In this document: positions 38,501 to 50,828 of the stretch, one piece after another | Position numbering within the stretch: position 1 is the first letter of the stretch | How the letters are laid out: each line of letters begins with the position of its first letter | Notes under the pieces: generated by a model | Seen by the model: only the letters and a program-made list of their open reading frames with translations | What the model was told of the DNA's origin: nothing | Databases searched by the model: none | Source of the DNA: Rhina ancylostomus | Lineage: Eukaryota | Assembly (NCBI GenBank): GCA_030265395.1 | Contig: JARFYF010000084.1 | Coordinates: forward strand, 84,608,357-84,672,356 | Direction of reading: 5' to 3' | DNA length: 64,000 nucleotides | Program-made: the position numbers and the translations under genes

Positions 38501-40559
38501 GAGTTAAAATCTCGTTCAGAGATCTATCAAAATGAAGTCCAAGNNNNNNNNNNNNNNNNNNNNNNNNNNNNNNNNNNNNNNNNNNNNNNNNNNNNNNNNN
38601 NNAATACAAACATTTGATAACAGTGTTTTTAGAACACCCGTGAGATTGATTTTAACATTAAGCTGGCAGAGTGCCGCTACACCTTGTCCACTCTCCAGGA
38701 GATGGGGACAGATGGAGTGAGGCACTAGCCTGATTCACATGGTATCAGCAAACTGCTTCCTGCAAGTGGAGCATCTATTTAAATAATTCCTTTATTCTGT
38801 TGCCTACTCAAGTGTTTTAATTGCATTTAATTTTTTGTAATTGCAGCCTCACCTGTTAAAGGGAAATACTCCATTCAGGAAGCTCCTTGACTTAATTGTG
38901 AATTAATTCATTATTCTAATTTGTATAATTAGCTAGACTTTACTTGACCTGTTTAGGTTCTTTTGATTTGGTCTGCATCCTGGCCAATGTGTAATAGTTT
39001 GAATTGCTACATTGTCAGTTCAAATCAAATGAAACATTTCAAGTGTAACATATGATCCAATTATCCAGGATATATTCTTGTGCATTTTTGCAACTGATGA
39101 AGAGTCTCAAAAACATGTATGAAATTCATAATAAACTTAACAAAATAATGTTCATCGAATTTATGTTAACTAACAGAATAAAGTGTTGGATAGTTTTGTT
39201 TACTTTGGTATAGTTTTGGGTACAGCATTGGAATCATCCAGTTTAAAGGTGAAAAAAGTCAGAGCTCTATCAGGGCAGACAAGTTATTATTTTACTGAAG
39301 TAATTGTAAAAAAAATCATTATTTAAATTACATATCTTCAAAAACCATGAAGCCACATAAGCTCAGAGATACTCACTTGTCAATGCCCAGACATGAACAG
39401 TTCACACCTGTGGAAAGGTAGCTGGAGATAACAGGCAGCTGTGAAAATGTGCCAATGTCATTAAACAACTAACTGTGAGAGAAGCAAAAGGGGCCAGATA
39501 AAGACAAAGTGTTGGGCTTGATGCCATATACTTAAAGAATTTGATTTACATAGTAACTTTCATGACTTCAGGCTATCACCTGTCAAAGCTTCCATTAAGA
39601 CATTATAAGAAAACACTTGGCAGGATAGCTGGGGATTTACCTCTCCCCAAGGGTGTGAGGAGTCAGACGGTGATTTCCTTTCTTCCCTTCCATAACATTG
39701 TGGAACTTTAATATTAAACATCAATATTAAATTGAAATTTTAATATTAAACTTTAATATTTAACATAAATTTAATATGGTGGAACTGCTGGCCAGGTAGC
39801 ATTGCATCCCAAATTTCCAATTGGCAGCCGGATCAGTTCACTGTCTGCCGAATAGATTCTAGTAACCATGTTCTCTATTTCCAACTCCGCTTCATTCTAT
39901 CTATTTTCCAGGTTGTTTCTGACGCATGGATTTGTATTTCATCTTTCGCCTGATTACACAAATAGTCCCCAGCTATTATGAAGTGTTGACAAACCGTTGA
40001 CAGGTTTCAGTGAACGTTGTTCTTGGTTTGATTGCTGACATGTGTCGGAAACTGGGTATTGGTCGCCCATTTTCCAAAGCTATGAGGAGGAGGCCTGGGT
40101 GCCATCAAGCACAAGAACTCAACAACGTGACTGAGNNNNNNNNNNCCATGCATGGACTGCTCAGAGTAAACCGCAAAGTTAGCTGTGCATTCCTAACTGC
40201 ATTCTTGGGTTGCACACATTCCTGGAACAGATGACACATACTGCCTATTGACAGTTCACTGAAAAGGTAGCTCTGTAAGTGAATGGTTTGCTAGATTGCT
40301 CCAGAGGGTAGGTAGCAGGCAACTGAGGAAAGGCAGGGGCTGATAGCCATAAGTCCTCCCAAGTATCCAACCTCATCTATGCTAGTTCAGAAAGACTATG
40401 GAAAAATTGCTGCCTCCCATCAGTCGAGGCCAGGTAAGAAAGCTGGCAAACCCAAACCCCCGCCTATCTCAATGCTAAGTGATGCCTTGACATTGCTCGA
40501 AGTCTGAGCCATGATCATAGGTGATATTGTGCATAGCCATGAGATATCCCTCAGAATAG

Positions 40560-41065
40560 AAGAGTACTATTTAATTGGTGTGAAACTATTAACTGCTGTT
40601 GCTCAAAGGGACCTGGGGTTGTCATAAAAGAAACTAAAAGTTAGCACATTGGTGCACTAAGTAATCAGAAGCCAAATGGAATGTTGGTCTTCACTGAAAG
40701 GGGATGGAGTATTAGAGTAAGGATGTCTTGTAGTAACTGTAACTATGAAACCATACCCGGGTAGCCCTGCACAGTTTCTGTCTCCTCAGTGCAGTGGAGA
40801 ATCAACTAATAAATTCTTTAGGTAAAGGGTTTGTCCCATGATTCAGCACAGCAGACTGTGGGGTCTCTGGTTAGTTTAATGAGGTGTTCTCATTAAAGCA
40901 GTGGAGATACTGTGAGGATGTCTCCCCCTGATGGATGAGTCTGGAAATAAGAAGTCTTAGGATGAGGAAGACTTCCTTAATCTTTGGAAGGTTGCACCAA
41001 AGAGAACTACAAATGGTGAGTCATTAAGTATATTCAAGGCCAAGGCAGATAAATTCTTCAATTAT
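40560..41065 (+). mobile_element. Highly decayed CR1 LINE fragment
   Basis: agggacctgggg.., gccaaatggaatgttggtcttc.., agtcattaagtatattcaaggc motifs shared with the CR1 copy at 48.5-49.3 kb. Confidence 0.6.
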
Positions 41066-41749
41066 AGTGTTCATTCATTTGAAAGTCAAAAGATTTTGGG
41101 TTAAAATCCCCTTCCAACAGTAGCTCAAATCAGGAAAGAACCAGGAAGGGGGGGGGGAGGTGGTTCCAGTCATAATACACATACACTTCCTGTCTACCAG
41201 GATAATTAGCACCTGAAAAACAGTCACTTTGCAGTCAAATTTCTAGGTAAATACCACTGGGATGTTTGATGAAGTGTTGAATCTTTGTAAACTGCTGTTA
41301 AAGTCATTGAATCTTTTGTGAACTAATGCTCTGAGTGGTTTTAGGGCACAGGTCTGTTTAAAAACTATGCATTGTTACCCTGGGAATCTTCTTAACAATC
41401 CATTGGGTCTTTATAATATGTAACCTATTACCACAATGTGTAATTCAAGCAAATAGCACAGAAGGATGCCTTTGAAAGGAGGTTGGATAAAATTGTGAAG
41501 GATAAAGTGAACTGAGAGGATCTATTTAAACCATGAACATGTGCCTGGTCCAGTTTGATCACTGATTTGGTTCTGGGGTTTAAATTCTATGTAAGCACAG
41601 TAGTGCTTAAAGTAAATTAGAAATACAAAAATGTTAATGCAAAGGTACTTATTTCCCAGCCAGTACCTTCACATTTCCCTCAAAATGCACCAACTGTTTT
41701 ATCCCTTTGGCATTTAGATTTTCCTCTACATATTTTCATGTTACTAATT

Positions 41750-42345
41750 TGTAGGCAGTCCCTCAGAATCGAGAACTTGTTTCCACTTCAGTTCTGTCAG
41801 TTCTAAGATAGCCGATGAGGCCAATGTAAGAGCAGCAGATTGGGACAGAGGGTATCTTTCAGGAGAGGTGGGTATTCAGTGGCATTCGAAGGGTTTCTTC
41901 TCCACGTTGAACCATCACCTCACATGGATCCCCAGGAGTCAGTGGGGATGTTGCACTTTTTTCAAAGAAGCTTTGAAAGAAGTCTTGAATCTTTTCATTT
42001 GCCCAACTGGTAATCTCTTCTGACAAAAGAGCTTGAAATAGGGAAAGTCGTTCGGCATACAAACAACGTGACCTGCTCAGGCCAAGAACCCATGGAGCCT
42101 CAATGCTAGGCGTGTTGACCTGGGAGAGGCAAGAGACTGCAGATGCTGGTATCTGGAGCAACACAGAAGGTGCTGGAGGAACTCAGCAAGTCAGGCAGCA
42201 TCGTGAAAGGAAATGGACAGTCGACGGTTCGGGCCCAGACCCTTCCTCTAGACTCATTGATTTGCTTGTCCTACAGTGGAGGATCCTGCAGAGACTGCAC
42301 GAGTGGGATCTCTTCGGTGCATTGCGGCTGCTGCAGCTCTAAGAC
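41750..42345 (-). mobile_element. Decayed LINE (probably RTE-type) interrupted by a Penelope-like fragment at about 42128-42255
   Basis: gtaggcagtccctc..gagaacttgtttccact end motif. The insert carries actcagcaagtcaggcagcatc and a mutated hammerhead core. RTE assignment from memory. Confidence 0.45.
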
Positions 42346-42379
42346 ATCACATAAGGTGAACTGTTGGAGCAGAGACATT

Positions 42380-42830
42380 ACTTCGTCCTACAAGGCCGGA
42401 AATGATTGCAAGGGGCGGGCGTTATCGCCGAGCGTTCTGGGACTTGCTGTTCAACGGTGCGAACTACATTGCCCGGCAGGCTCAGCAGCTTCCGGAAGGG
42501 CAGGTGTCGGTCGGTTGGCGTGACGGGGGTCCACGCGCGGTCTCGGTCAGTGAACGTTCCATTACGTTATTGTTTCCCTCCGCGCGCGGTCACGCGCAGC
42601 GCCCGGTGCCCTGCAGCTCCGGCCGGGCGAGCGGCTCCGGGACTGGGGACTGGGGGCTGGAACCTGCGGCCTGGCCGTGCCGCTCGGGAAGGCACGGCCA
42701 GGGAGACCGAGGAGAGCCTCCGCAGGGACGGGCAGTCGATGTCACGGCAGCCTCGGGCTCTGGTGGGAGGACAGCCCCGCGGTTTGACAGCAGAGCCCTG
42801 CTGGTCGGCAGTTAGTTTCGGTGTCGTCTC
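42380..42830 (+). promoter_or_regulatory. EXOC3: CpG-island promoter and probable non-coding exon 1 of EXOC3
   Basis: High CpG density, GC box ggggcggg (about 42412), ETS cores ccggaa (about 42396 and 42492), ZNF143-like motifs. Candidate donor gca|gttagt at 42810/42811. Nearest island upstream of the EXOC3 ATG exon. Confidence 0.8.
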
Positions 42831-44249
42831 TGGCTACATCTGCTGCCTGCAGTTGAAGACTCTCGGAGCCTATGTTGTTGCTGTGCATTGTTGCAGTCTC
42901 ACAACCTTCAGTACTCAGCAGTGTGTATCAATGCAGCCTTTGGCACTGGGGTGGATTACAGTTCCAATGATAACCGCTGCATGCCATTGCAGTTTTGGTG
43001 TCTGACGCTGTTTTATCATCGCTATTCCACATTATCAGAATTTTGCGCATCCTTGTCAAGTATTACTATGCGGGACTCGTGATGCATTGTGCTGGTGTCT
43101 ACAGATGTGTTAGAGTTTCAGAGTGCAGTTCTACATGTTGTTTTGGTCTTGGGATGTTATGCTCCCCATTGCAGTGCATTGTATTTTTGTACACTTTGTC
43201 CTTGTTATTTGCATGGGATAGGAACACAGACCTCTAGTGGTTACCACTCAGGACTTGTGTGTGGAAGTATTAACGTGACCTCTCCCCAATCCTAAATCAT
43301 AGTTCTGTAAACTTTAAGATTATTGTGATGGGAGGGAGGGGTCTTGCTGAAATTCTCCTTTGTTTCCATAGCAATCTTCATCTTAATGACAATGCATATT
43401 GGAGGCTTCTCAAATTCCACAGATCCAACTCATAACGGTTACACATTGTTGCTGCCCTTTAGTTTTTGAGGTTTGCAATTGCTTTGCCTGAAGCTGGCAA
43501 GAATGGGAGGATTTCCAGGCATTGCATGTGTCACTTGGAGCTCAGTGCTGCTTCTGCTCCATGTCATTATGCCCTGATTAGGGAGAGGCTGGTTACACTG
43601 TCCTTTTCTTGGAAAGTCTCTGGCAGAAGTCTGNNNNNNNNNNNNNNNNNNNNNNNNNNNNNNNNNNNNNNNNNNNNNNNNNNNNNNNNNNNNNNNNNNN
43701 NNNNNNNNNNNNNNNNNNNNNNNNNNNNNNNNNCTGCCCATTAAACAGATGCCATAGGGAGGACTCTGGATGATTACGCAGTGTTTACCGACACTCCCAA
43801 TATTGCATGACTATGTGGATCCACGGAGTGCAGATCAACAAATAACAAGGACTGGGTTTATTGCTGTTTCATGAGGGATACTGTATCATCAGAATGGAGA
43901 AGGCATTCTTAAAAGGTATTTTGGAAACTTAATGCCATATGACCAGGTAGACATGGCCGTGGTTTAATATCTCTCTAGGAATGTCTCGCCTCCAGAAACA
44001 CACTCCCTAAGGGGGAAATTCAAATGTCAAGCACGTTTATCTGTTCAAACTCTACATCAGGGATTGAACTAATGACCTTCAGAACTGAAAATATTATCAC
44101 CGAACCAAGCTTGTTCTTGGTTATAATATTGAACAATGCTACCCTTGACTTACCCTGCAGTATTCTATTTACATTTTCTTATTCTAATTGCTTGACAATG
44201 GTCAGACTTTTAAAAAGTGTTGAGCAGCTGGTTCTTGGAGTGTATGATC

Positions 44250-44810
44250 ACTGTTTCCTGTTATTTCGTCACGTGTACTGAGACACAGTGAACCTTTGTT
44301 TTCTGCCATCCAGGCAGATCATGCCATACACAAGTTCACTGAGGTAGTAAAAAGCAAACAGAATGCAGAATGTAGTGTTGCAGCTCCAGAGAGAGTGCAT
44401 TGCAGGTAAACAAATAAAGTGCAATGGCTGTGACAAGGTAGATTGGGTGATCAAGAATTTATCTCTAGCATATGGGAGGTTCATTCAAGAGTCTGATAAC
44501 AGTGGGATAAAAGCTGTCCTTGAGTTTGGTGGTATGTGCTTTCAGGTTTGTGTATCTTCTGCCCAATGGGAGAGGGGTGCAGAGGGATTGACTGGGGTGA
44601 GAGGGATCCTTGATTACATTGGCTGTGGGAAGTGTGGGTGGGGTCAATGGAGGGAAGGCTGATTTGTGTGATGGATTGGATTGCATTCACTACTCTCCAA
44701 ATTCCTGTGGACTTGGGCAGAGCAGTTGCCATGCCATTCTGATGCATCTGAACAGGACGCTTTTTATATTCTTCTGTAAAAAATTGGTAAAAGTCAGTAG
44801 GGACATGCAG
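44250..44810 (-). mobile_element. Rex1/Babar-type LINE 3' fragment
   Basis: ANVIKDPSHPSQSLCTPLPLGRRYTNLKAHTTKLKDSFYPTVIRLLN. Confidence 0.8.
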
Positions 44811-44829
44811 GTCACACAAAGGATGTGAT

Positions 44830-45490
44830 TGCAATTTATAAGGTGCAAAGGAGGTTTGAGGATGGTGCTAGGTCTGATAATTATAGTGATTAGAAGATGC
44901 AGGCTAGGTTGAGTTTGTTTTCTTTGTTACATGGGAAAACTTGGATGATTTAATTGAGGTTTGTAAAATGAGAGGCCTGGATGGTGAAAAGGGATCACCC
45001 ATTTCCTTTCCTAGACAGAACAAAAATGAAGGAGCATAGATTTATGTTATGAAAGGATTAGAGGGGGTTAACAATTTTGTTTTTTCACATGATGGGGGCA
45101 TGGAACTCACTGCCTGAAAAGTTGGTTGAAGCAGAAATCGTTATTACATTCAATTTAAAATGAATGAACCTTTTCGTGGGAGAGTCACAAACAACAGAAC
45201 ATAGCTGAAAAATAAGGGGCTGGTCATTTAAAACTGAGGTGCATAAAAATTTCTTGTCTCAGAGGGTAGTGAATCTCTGGAATTCTCTGCCAGGGGGTGG
45301 TGGAGGCCAGCTCAATAGATATATTTAAGTTGGAGATAGATGATTGTGTGAAAGCTCAAGGAATTGAGGGTTATGGGGAACTGGCACAGAAGGGAATTGA
45401 GGCTGGCGTAAATCAGCTGTGATCATGTTGATTGGCAGGGCAGGGTTGAGGGGCCTGGTGATATACTTGTGTTCATGTTTTCTATTCCTA
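44830..45490 (+). mobile_element. CR1 LINE 3' fragments (nested)
   Basis: ttctt..tcagagggtagtgaatctctggaattctctgcc and 3'UTR motifs. Confidence 0.7.
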
Positions 45491-45809
45491 TTGCTGAGTT
45501 CCTCTAGTATCATGTTTTTCATCTAGATTCCAGTATCTGCAGTCTTTAGTTTCTCTCCCTATTTTTTGCAACCTAAGGCTATAGACTAAGAACTGGAAAA
45601 TGGCTTAACTTTAAAGTCCATATTTGGATACAACAAGCTGAATAGCTGCCCCCTTTGCCATAAATCTCTATGATGCACCTGTCTTATTCACATTATGTAT
45701 TATGGTACATAATTACACTAGTATTATGCTTTGCCTTATGCCGTAGTGCAAACAACGGTGTTATTTGCAGCATTATGATGCCTATATGGGATACTAACTG
45801 GTAGCAATA

Positions 45810-46660
45810 TCAAAGTTGAGTTTAGTGTCATATACACAAGTACATGTATGCACAGGTGCAATGAGAAACTTACTTGCAGCAGCATCACAGGCACACAGCA
45901 TCAGAAAAAGCAGCATTCACAAGAAAAACATAAATTATACACAATTTTTACAAGAAAAAAACAATTAGAACAAAATAAAACCAAAGTCCATTTTAGTGCA
46001 AAATGATCAGAATGGTCTTGGTGTTGCTCAAGTGTTGCTAAACTGTAATGGTGATTAGAATTTTGCTGGTTGGTTCAAGAACCAAATGGTTGAAGGGGAG
46101 TAGCTGTTCTTGAACTTGATGGTGTGAGACTTCAGGCATCTGTACCTCCTTCCCAATGGTAGCTGTGAAAAGAAGGCATGGCCTAGATGGTGGGGATCTT
46201 TGATGATGAATGTTGCCTTCTTGAGGCAGTGCCTCCTGTAGATAGTACCAATGGTGGGGAAGGATGTGCCTATGATGTATTGGGCAGACTCCACTACTCT
46301 CTGCAGCTTCTTGTGTTACTGCACATTTGAATTGCCATACCAGACCATGATGCAACCAGTCAGGACACTTTCAACAGTATATTTGTAGAAGTTTGTTGGA
46401 GTGTTCGGTGACAAGCTGAGCCTGTTTAACCTCCTAAGAAAGTAAAGACACTGGCGTGCTTTCCTTTTGATTGCATCTATGTGCTGGGCCCAGGACAAGT
46501 CTTCTGATATGTTAACACCCAGGAATATAAAGCTGCTGACTCTCCACTGCTGATTTCCCCCAATGTAGACTGGTGTATGTTCACCCTCCTCCTCCTCCCT
46601 GAAGTCAACAATCAGCTCTTTAGTTTTGCTGATGTTGAGTGAGATGTTGCTGTTGCGGAA
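45810..46660 (-). mobile_element. Rex1/Babar-type LINE 3' fragment (RT C-terminus and 3'UTR)
   Basis: SWAQHIDAIKRKARQCLYFLRRL...FYKYTVESVLTGCIMVWYGN and IIKDPHHLGHAFFSQLPLGRRYR. Confidence 0.85.
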
Positions 46661-47838
46661 TTACTTGTGTGGATTTTAAAGTTTGTAACAGAGAAGTGCC
46701 TTGTAAATACACCAGCATTATGGTTACTGAAGACAGCAAAATTTATTTTTGTTTAACTTGTACAGATTGATTGGACAGGTTGCTAGGAATACTTTTGGAA
46801 ATACCTGCTACTGATATCAGAATGCACTTGTAATGTTTATCATTTATTTGCACATATACCTAATTTATTTTTTTAATGTTTCCAAATTACACAATTGACT
46901 TCCTTTTTTCAGATAAGTTCTGAGAATTTATTCTCGATCTTGTGCTAATTATTTTTATGCAGTAAAATTGTAACTGCGTTTTTGTTGTTACTTTGAGGAA
47001 TGTATCTGCATTTTGAAAATGACTTCACAATTAACAGTGACAATAGTTGATGTATGGAACTGGAAATTTTTCTCATCTTGCAGTTTGTTGATTTTCTGCA
47101 GCTGATAAACTTCTGCTTTCCTGAAATAAATACAATTTTTAAAAAGATAGGGCATTTCTCACATTCACTTAGCTGCTGTGCTCAACATTAGAATTTTTTT
47201 TTACTGAGTTAGATTCTCACTCCATGTTTCTGCACCTCCATTCATTTATGTCTTTCTGCCCTTTGCTTCCCACATTATTACAATCTACATAATTGCAATT
47301 TAATCAGAACAAAATTAATTTTTTTTCAACTTGTCTTTTTTGATTTATGCGCAAATGATGGAGCTTGGCGTTACGGCAGTTGTGCCTATAATTCTTTGTA
47401 ATTTGCATCTATGACTCTGAGCTGACTGGGAAGAATGAAGCAATAGCAGCACACACTCCTGCCATCAAACAATAAGCAAGACGTGCATCCATCAAGCATG
47501 TAATATTTTCATTAATATATTATGTGCTTCAATGCATTGCTTGATGGGAAATGGGCAAAAGCTGGTATAGTACAACAAGATTAAAAGGTTAAGAGTAAAA
47601 CTGGTAGTTCATTGATTTTGGGCTTAATCTTTAAAAGCCAGAATATTGTAGGAGTTTAGTAAATAATGAATATAAGAGGAGATGGAGTGAGGCTTCTTAG
47701 TTTAAATACAGGGTGCTGGAAGGAAGCATGTACATCATTGGCACAATCAAGATTTGGAAGCAAAAAAAAGAGGATAAGTGACATGCATTTCAAACTTTCT
47801 ATTGCATTAACTAAATGATGTTTGTTTTTTTAATGCAG

Positions 47839-47886
47839 GTTGAATCTCAAGCATCAGAAGTCTCCAGAAATTAGCAGAAAACTGAA
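47839..47886 (+). other. Candidate 48-nt non-coding 5'UTR cassette exon of EXOC3
   Basis: Strong acceptor tttgtttttttaatgcag| and donor gaa|gtgagt; no ATG. Splice signals only. Confidence 0.4.
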
Positions 47887-48479
47887 GTGAGTGTGACGTA
47901 TTGCAGATATTATACCTTGTTTGATTTAAACCAGTGCAAGACTTATATAAAAATTAATTCATGTGGATCTCTGGAGTTACTTGAAATTACTAAAGTGAAC
48001 AGCATCTTAAAATGTTATCTTTTAAAAAAAATTATAGTCAATGACTCACAGTTGAGAGTTTTTTGGCCTTAAACCATAGTGCAAAGGTGTTATTTGCAGA
48101 GGTCATTCTGAGCTTTATGATGCCTATAATGGTATACTAACTCTGTAGCAATATGTGGAATTTAATGTTTGTAATAGAGAAGTGAATGAGAGAGATGAAT
48201 TTTCCTTCAGCTTAATTGTACAGTTATATAAAATCATCTTGCTGATGAATCATGGAATTAGGCATTTATTTTTACACTAGGTTGCAAGAAAAAAAATTGA
48301 TAAACAATTTATCCATGTGACATGGGTAGATTGGGTGAGTGCAGTCATGTATCATGTACTAATCTTTAAGAATGGTTCCCAAGTACTTCTGTACTGTAGA
48401 ATGCAAACTGCTGGATTTGAAAAATTGCTTTCTTTCTATATTGTCCTATTTCATCCAATGTCTTGTGCACCACTGGGGC

Positions 48480-49280
48480 TAACTAAAGGAGTTAAGGATA
48501 ATGTTGAATTGAAAGAACGTACCTACAATGATTATGTACTGTAGCCAAATTTACTGATGAAAGAAATATAGAATGGTTAACAAGTTTTGAGGAGGACACA
48601 GAGTTTGCAAAGGGATGTAGAAAATTTAATTGATTGGACATGAAATTGCCTGATGGAATATGATGTGGGAAAATTTGAAGTTATCTGGGTTTTAAAGGAA
48701 AAATGAAAAACAAGTTTCTATTTAAATAGGATGGGATTACAAGATATTGTAGTACATAGGAATCTACAAGTCCTGGTGCATTGAACGCAAAGGATTGGTA
48801 CACAGATATGGCAAATAATTAGTTTATTGTAAGGAATGTGGAATGTAAAAGAATGGAGGTTTTGATACAATTTTGCAGGATGTGGATGAAATGGGACCAA
48901 GAATGTGGTGTGGGATGAAGGGGTTGATGTACAAAGAGAAGTTGAGTTTATGCTTGTCAAAACATACAAGTCTGAGGATGATTAATAGAGAAGATATTTC
49001 CTTTCATGGGGATATCTAGAACTAAGGAACATAGTTTCAGAATAAGGGATCCCCATTTAACATGGAATTTCTTCTGAGGGTTGTGACCTTTTGGAATTCT
49101 TTACCTGAGAGAGCTGTGGAGGCAAAGTCATTGAATATATTCAAGCTGGAGATTGACAGACATTTGAACTTCAAGGTAGTAAAGGAGAATGGGTAGAGGG
49201 AGGTGCTGACGCCAAGACTGGGTCAGCTTTTCAATTATGCAGCAGTCTCGTGCGGCTGATTTGCTGTTTATTCTTATCCA
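48480..49280 (+). mobile_element. Decayed CR1 LINE ORF2 3' region
   Basis: gccaaatttactgatga (KF.DD), ttgcaaagggatgtaga, ttggaattct..gagagctgtggaggc..tcattgaatatattcaag. Confidence 0.7.
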
Positions 49281-50684
49281 GTAGATGACTTTCCACAATT
49301 GAACAAGCATTCTTTTGTTTCATATTTCCCACAACTGATGTGTTCTGTCTCTCATGGTTCCAATGTGTTCTTCTGCTTTATTTTTCCTCTCTCTGTCCTC
49401 GTATCTCTAACTAGGTAGCTCCAAAATCATTGTGTCCTCCAGACAACTTGGTCTCCACCCTATCATAGATGTTAACTCCATTTCTTTTTCTATAGATGCT
49501 GTGTAATCTGCTGAATATCTCCAGCATTTTTTTGTTATTTGGGAATTTAAGGAATATAAACAGGCATAAGCTGTACCGTCCAGCCAACTCTACCATTCAA
49601 TAACATGGCTGATCCTCTGTTTTGTCTGCTTTTGTAACCAATCCCTATACCTTCTGATTTTCTTAGGAGAGGTGTAATCGTGTATAAAATTAAAACCTGA
49701 TTCTATCCAGAGCCCACAAAATTTCCATTCCTGGTCTAAACCAATTATTGTTGGAAATATATCTATTTCAGGTATGTTCCACAAATGCCATAATGCCATG
49801 CAAATCATCTTGACTTGAATGAAGTTCCAAGGCAGCCTGGAATGGTATGGTCCGGCCTGAATGTCATAACAGAATAAGCACCTGACTTGACCTCAACCTG
49901 ACACACATGGTTGGGTTCTTTTGGACTTGGCAGCATCCCTGCTGTCTCCAAAAATTTGGTGAAGTCAGTCTTGAATAAACTTGAGATAGAATTCATGAAG
50001 GCACTTCAGCTGGTGTAAGCATCCTATTGATGATGCTCTTTAAATCTCTTTGATTCTTCCTTTGTGCTTGGCAAAATTGCAGAGGGTGTTGTGTGAAAGT
50101 GAAAATGTCCTCTGCTTATGAATTTGCTTTGTAGGGAAGTATTGTCTTGAAGTTGGCATTTGGGGAGGATGAGAAATTTAGAGGGTTCTTTCCAATCACT
50201 GATTTGCCTGCCTGAAAAGAGTTATTGACACTGAGTAGGAGCAGGTTGTCTGTTGTAGGTTTGGTAACTGTGTGTATATTCTTTCAGCTAGATGCCTGAT
50301 ACATGCAGAAACCATCACTTTGACTCCTATTTCATGTTACCCACTTTGATTTTGAAACAGAATACACACCCTCTTTTCCCCCCAAATGGTCACATAACAC
50401 TTTTCCCACATGGATAGCCATGTTACTTGTTACTATCACAAGTAGTCTACCTTGCTTTTTCAAGTTGGCTTGTTGGGTATCAGTGCAAATGACAGGTCTA
50501 CCCGTTGGTGCCGAGCCAACTGGGCAATCATCAAAAGCTTCCTTTTCATTGTGAGATATGCAACAATCAAAAAATTAAATGAAATGGCATGAAATANNNN
50601 TAAATGTTAGAACGGGTAAAATATAATTTGACTTAAATAAATATCCCAAAGGACTTAAATGCTCTTGCAGTAGACGTTGTGAAC

Positions 50685-50828
50685 ATGGAAGAAACTGATA
50701 GGGAAGCTGTGTCGACAGCTGCACAACGAGTGGCTGGAATGCTTCAACGACCTGATCAACTGGACAAAGTGGAGCAGTATCGCAGGCGAGAAGCTCGGAA
50801 GAAGGCCTCTGTGGAAGCCAGGCTAAAG
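50685..50828 (+). CDS. EXOC3: EXOC3 (Sec6) first coding exon
   Basis: aacATGg start; [48 protein letters not shown]|gtatgt; 144 nt. Confidence 0.97.

Noticed and set aside
33652-39200. AHRR polyadenylation site (AATAAA at about 35305, 37030, 37991, 38118, 39177)
   Set aside because: Several equally plausible signals in AT-rich sequence; cannot choose without transcript data.
42143-43005. ORFs of 126-199 aa over the EXOC3 CpG island
   Set aside because: Low-complexity G/R/A/P content from GC richness; no recognisable domain.
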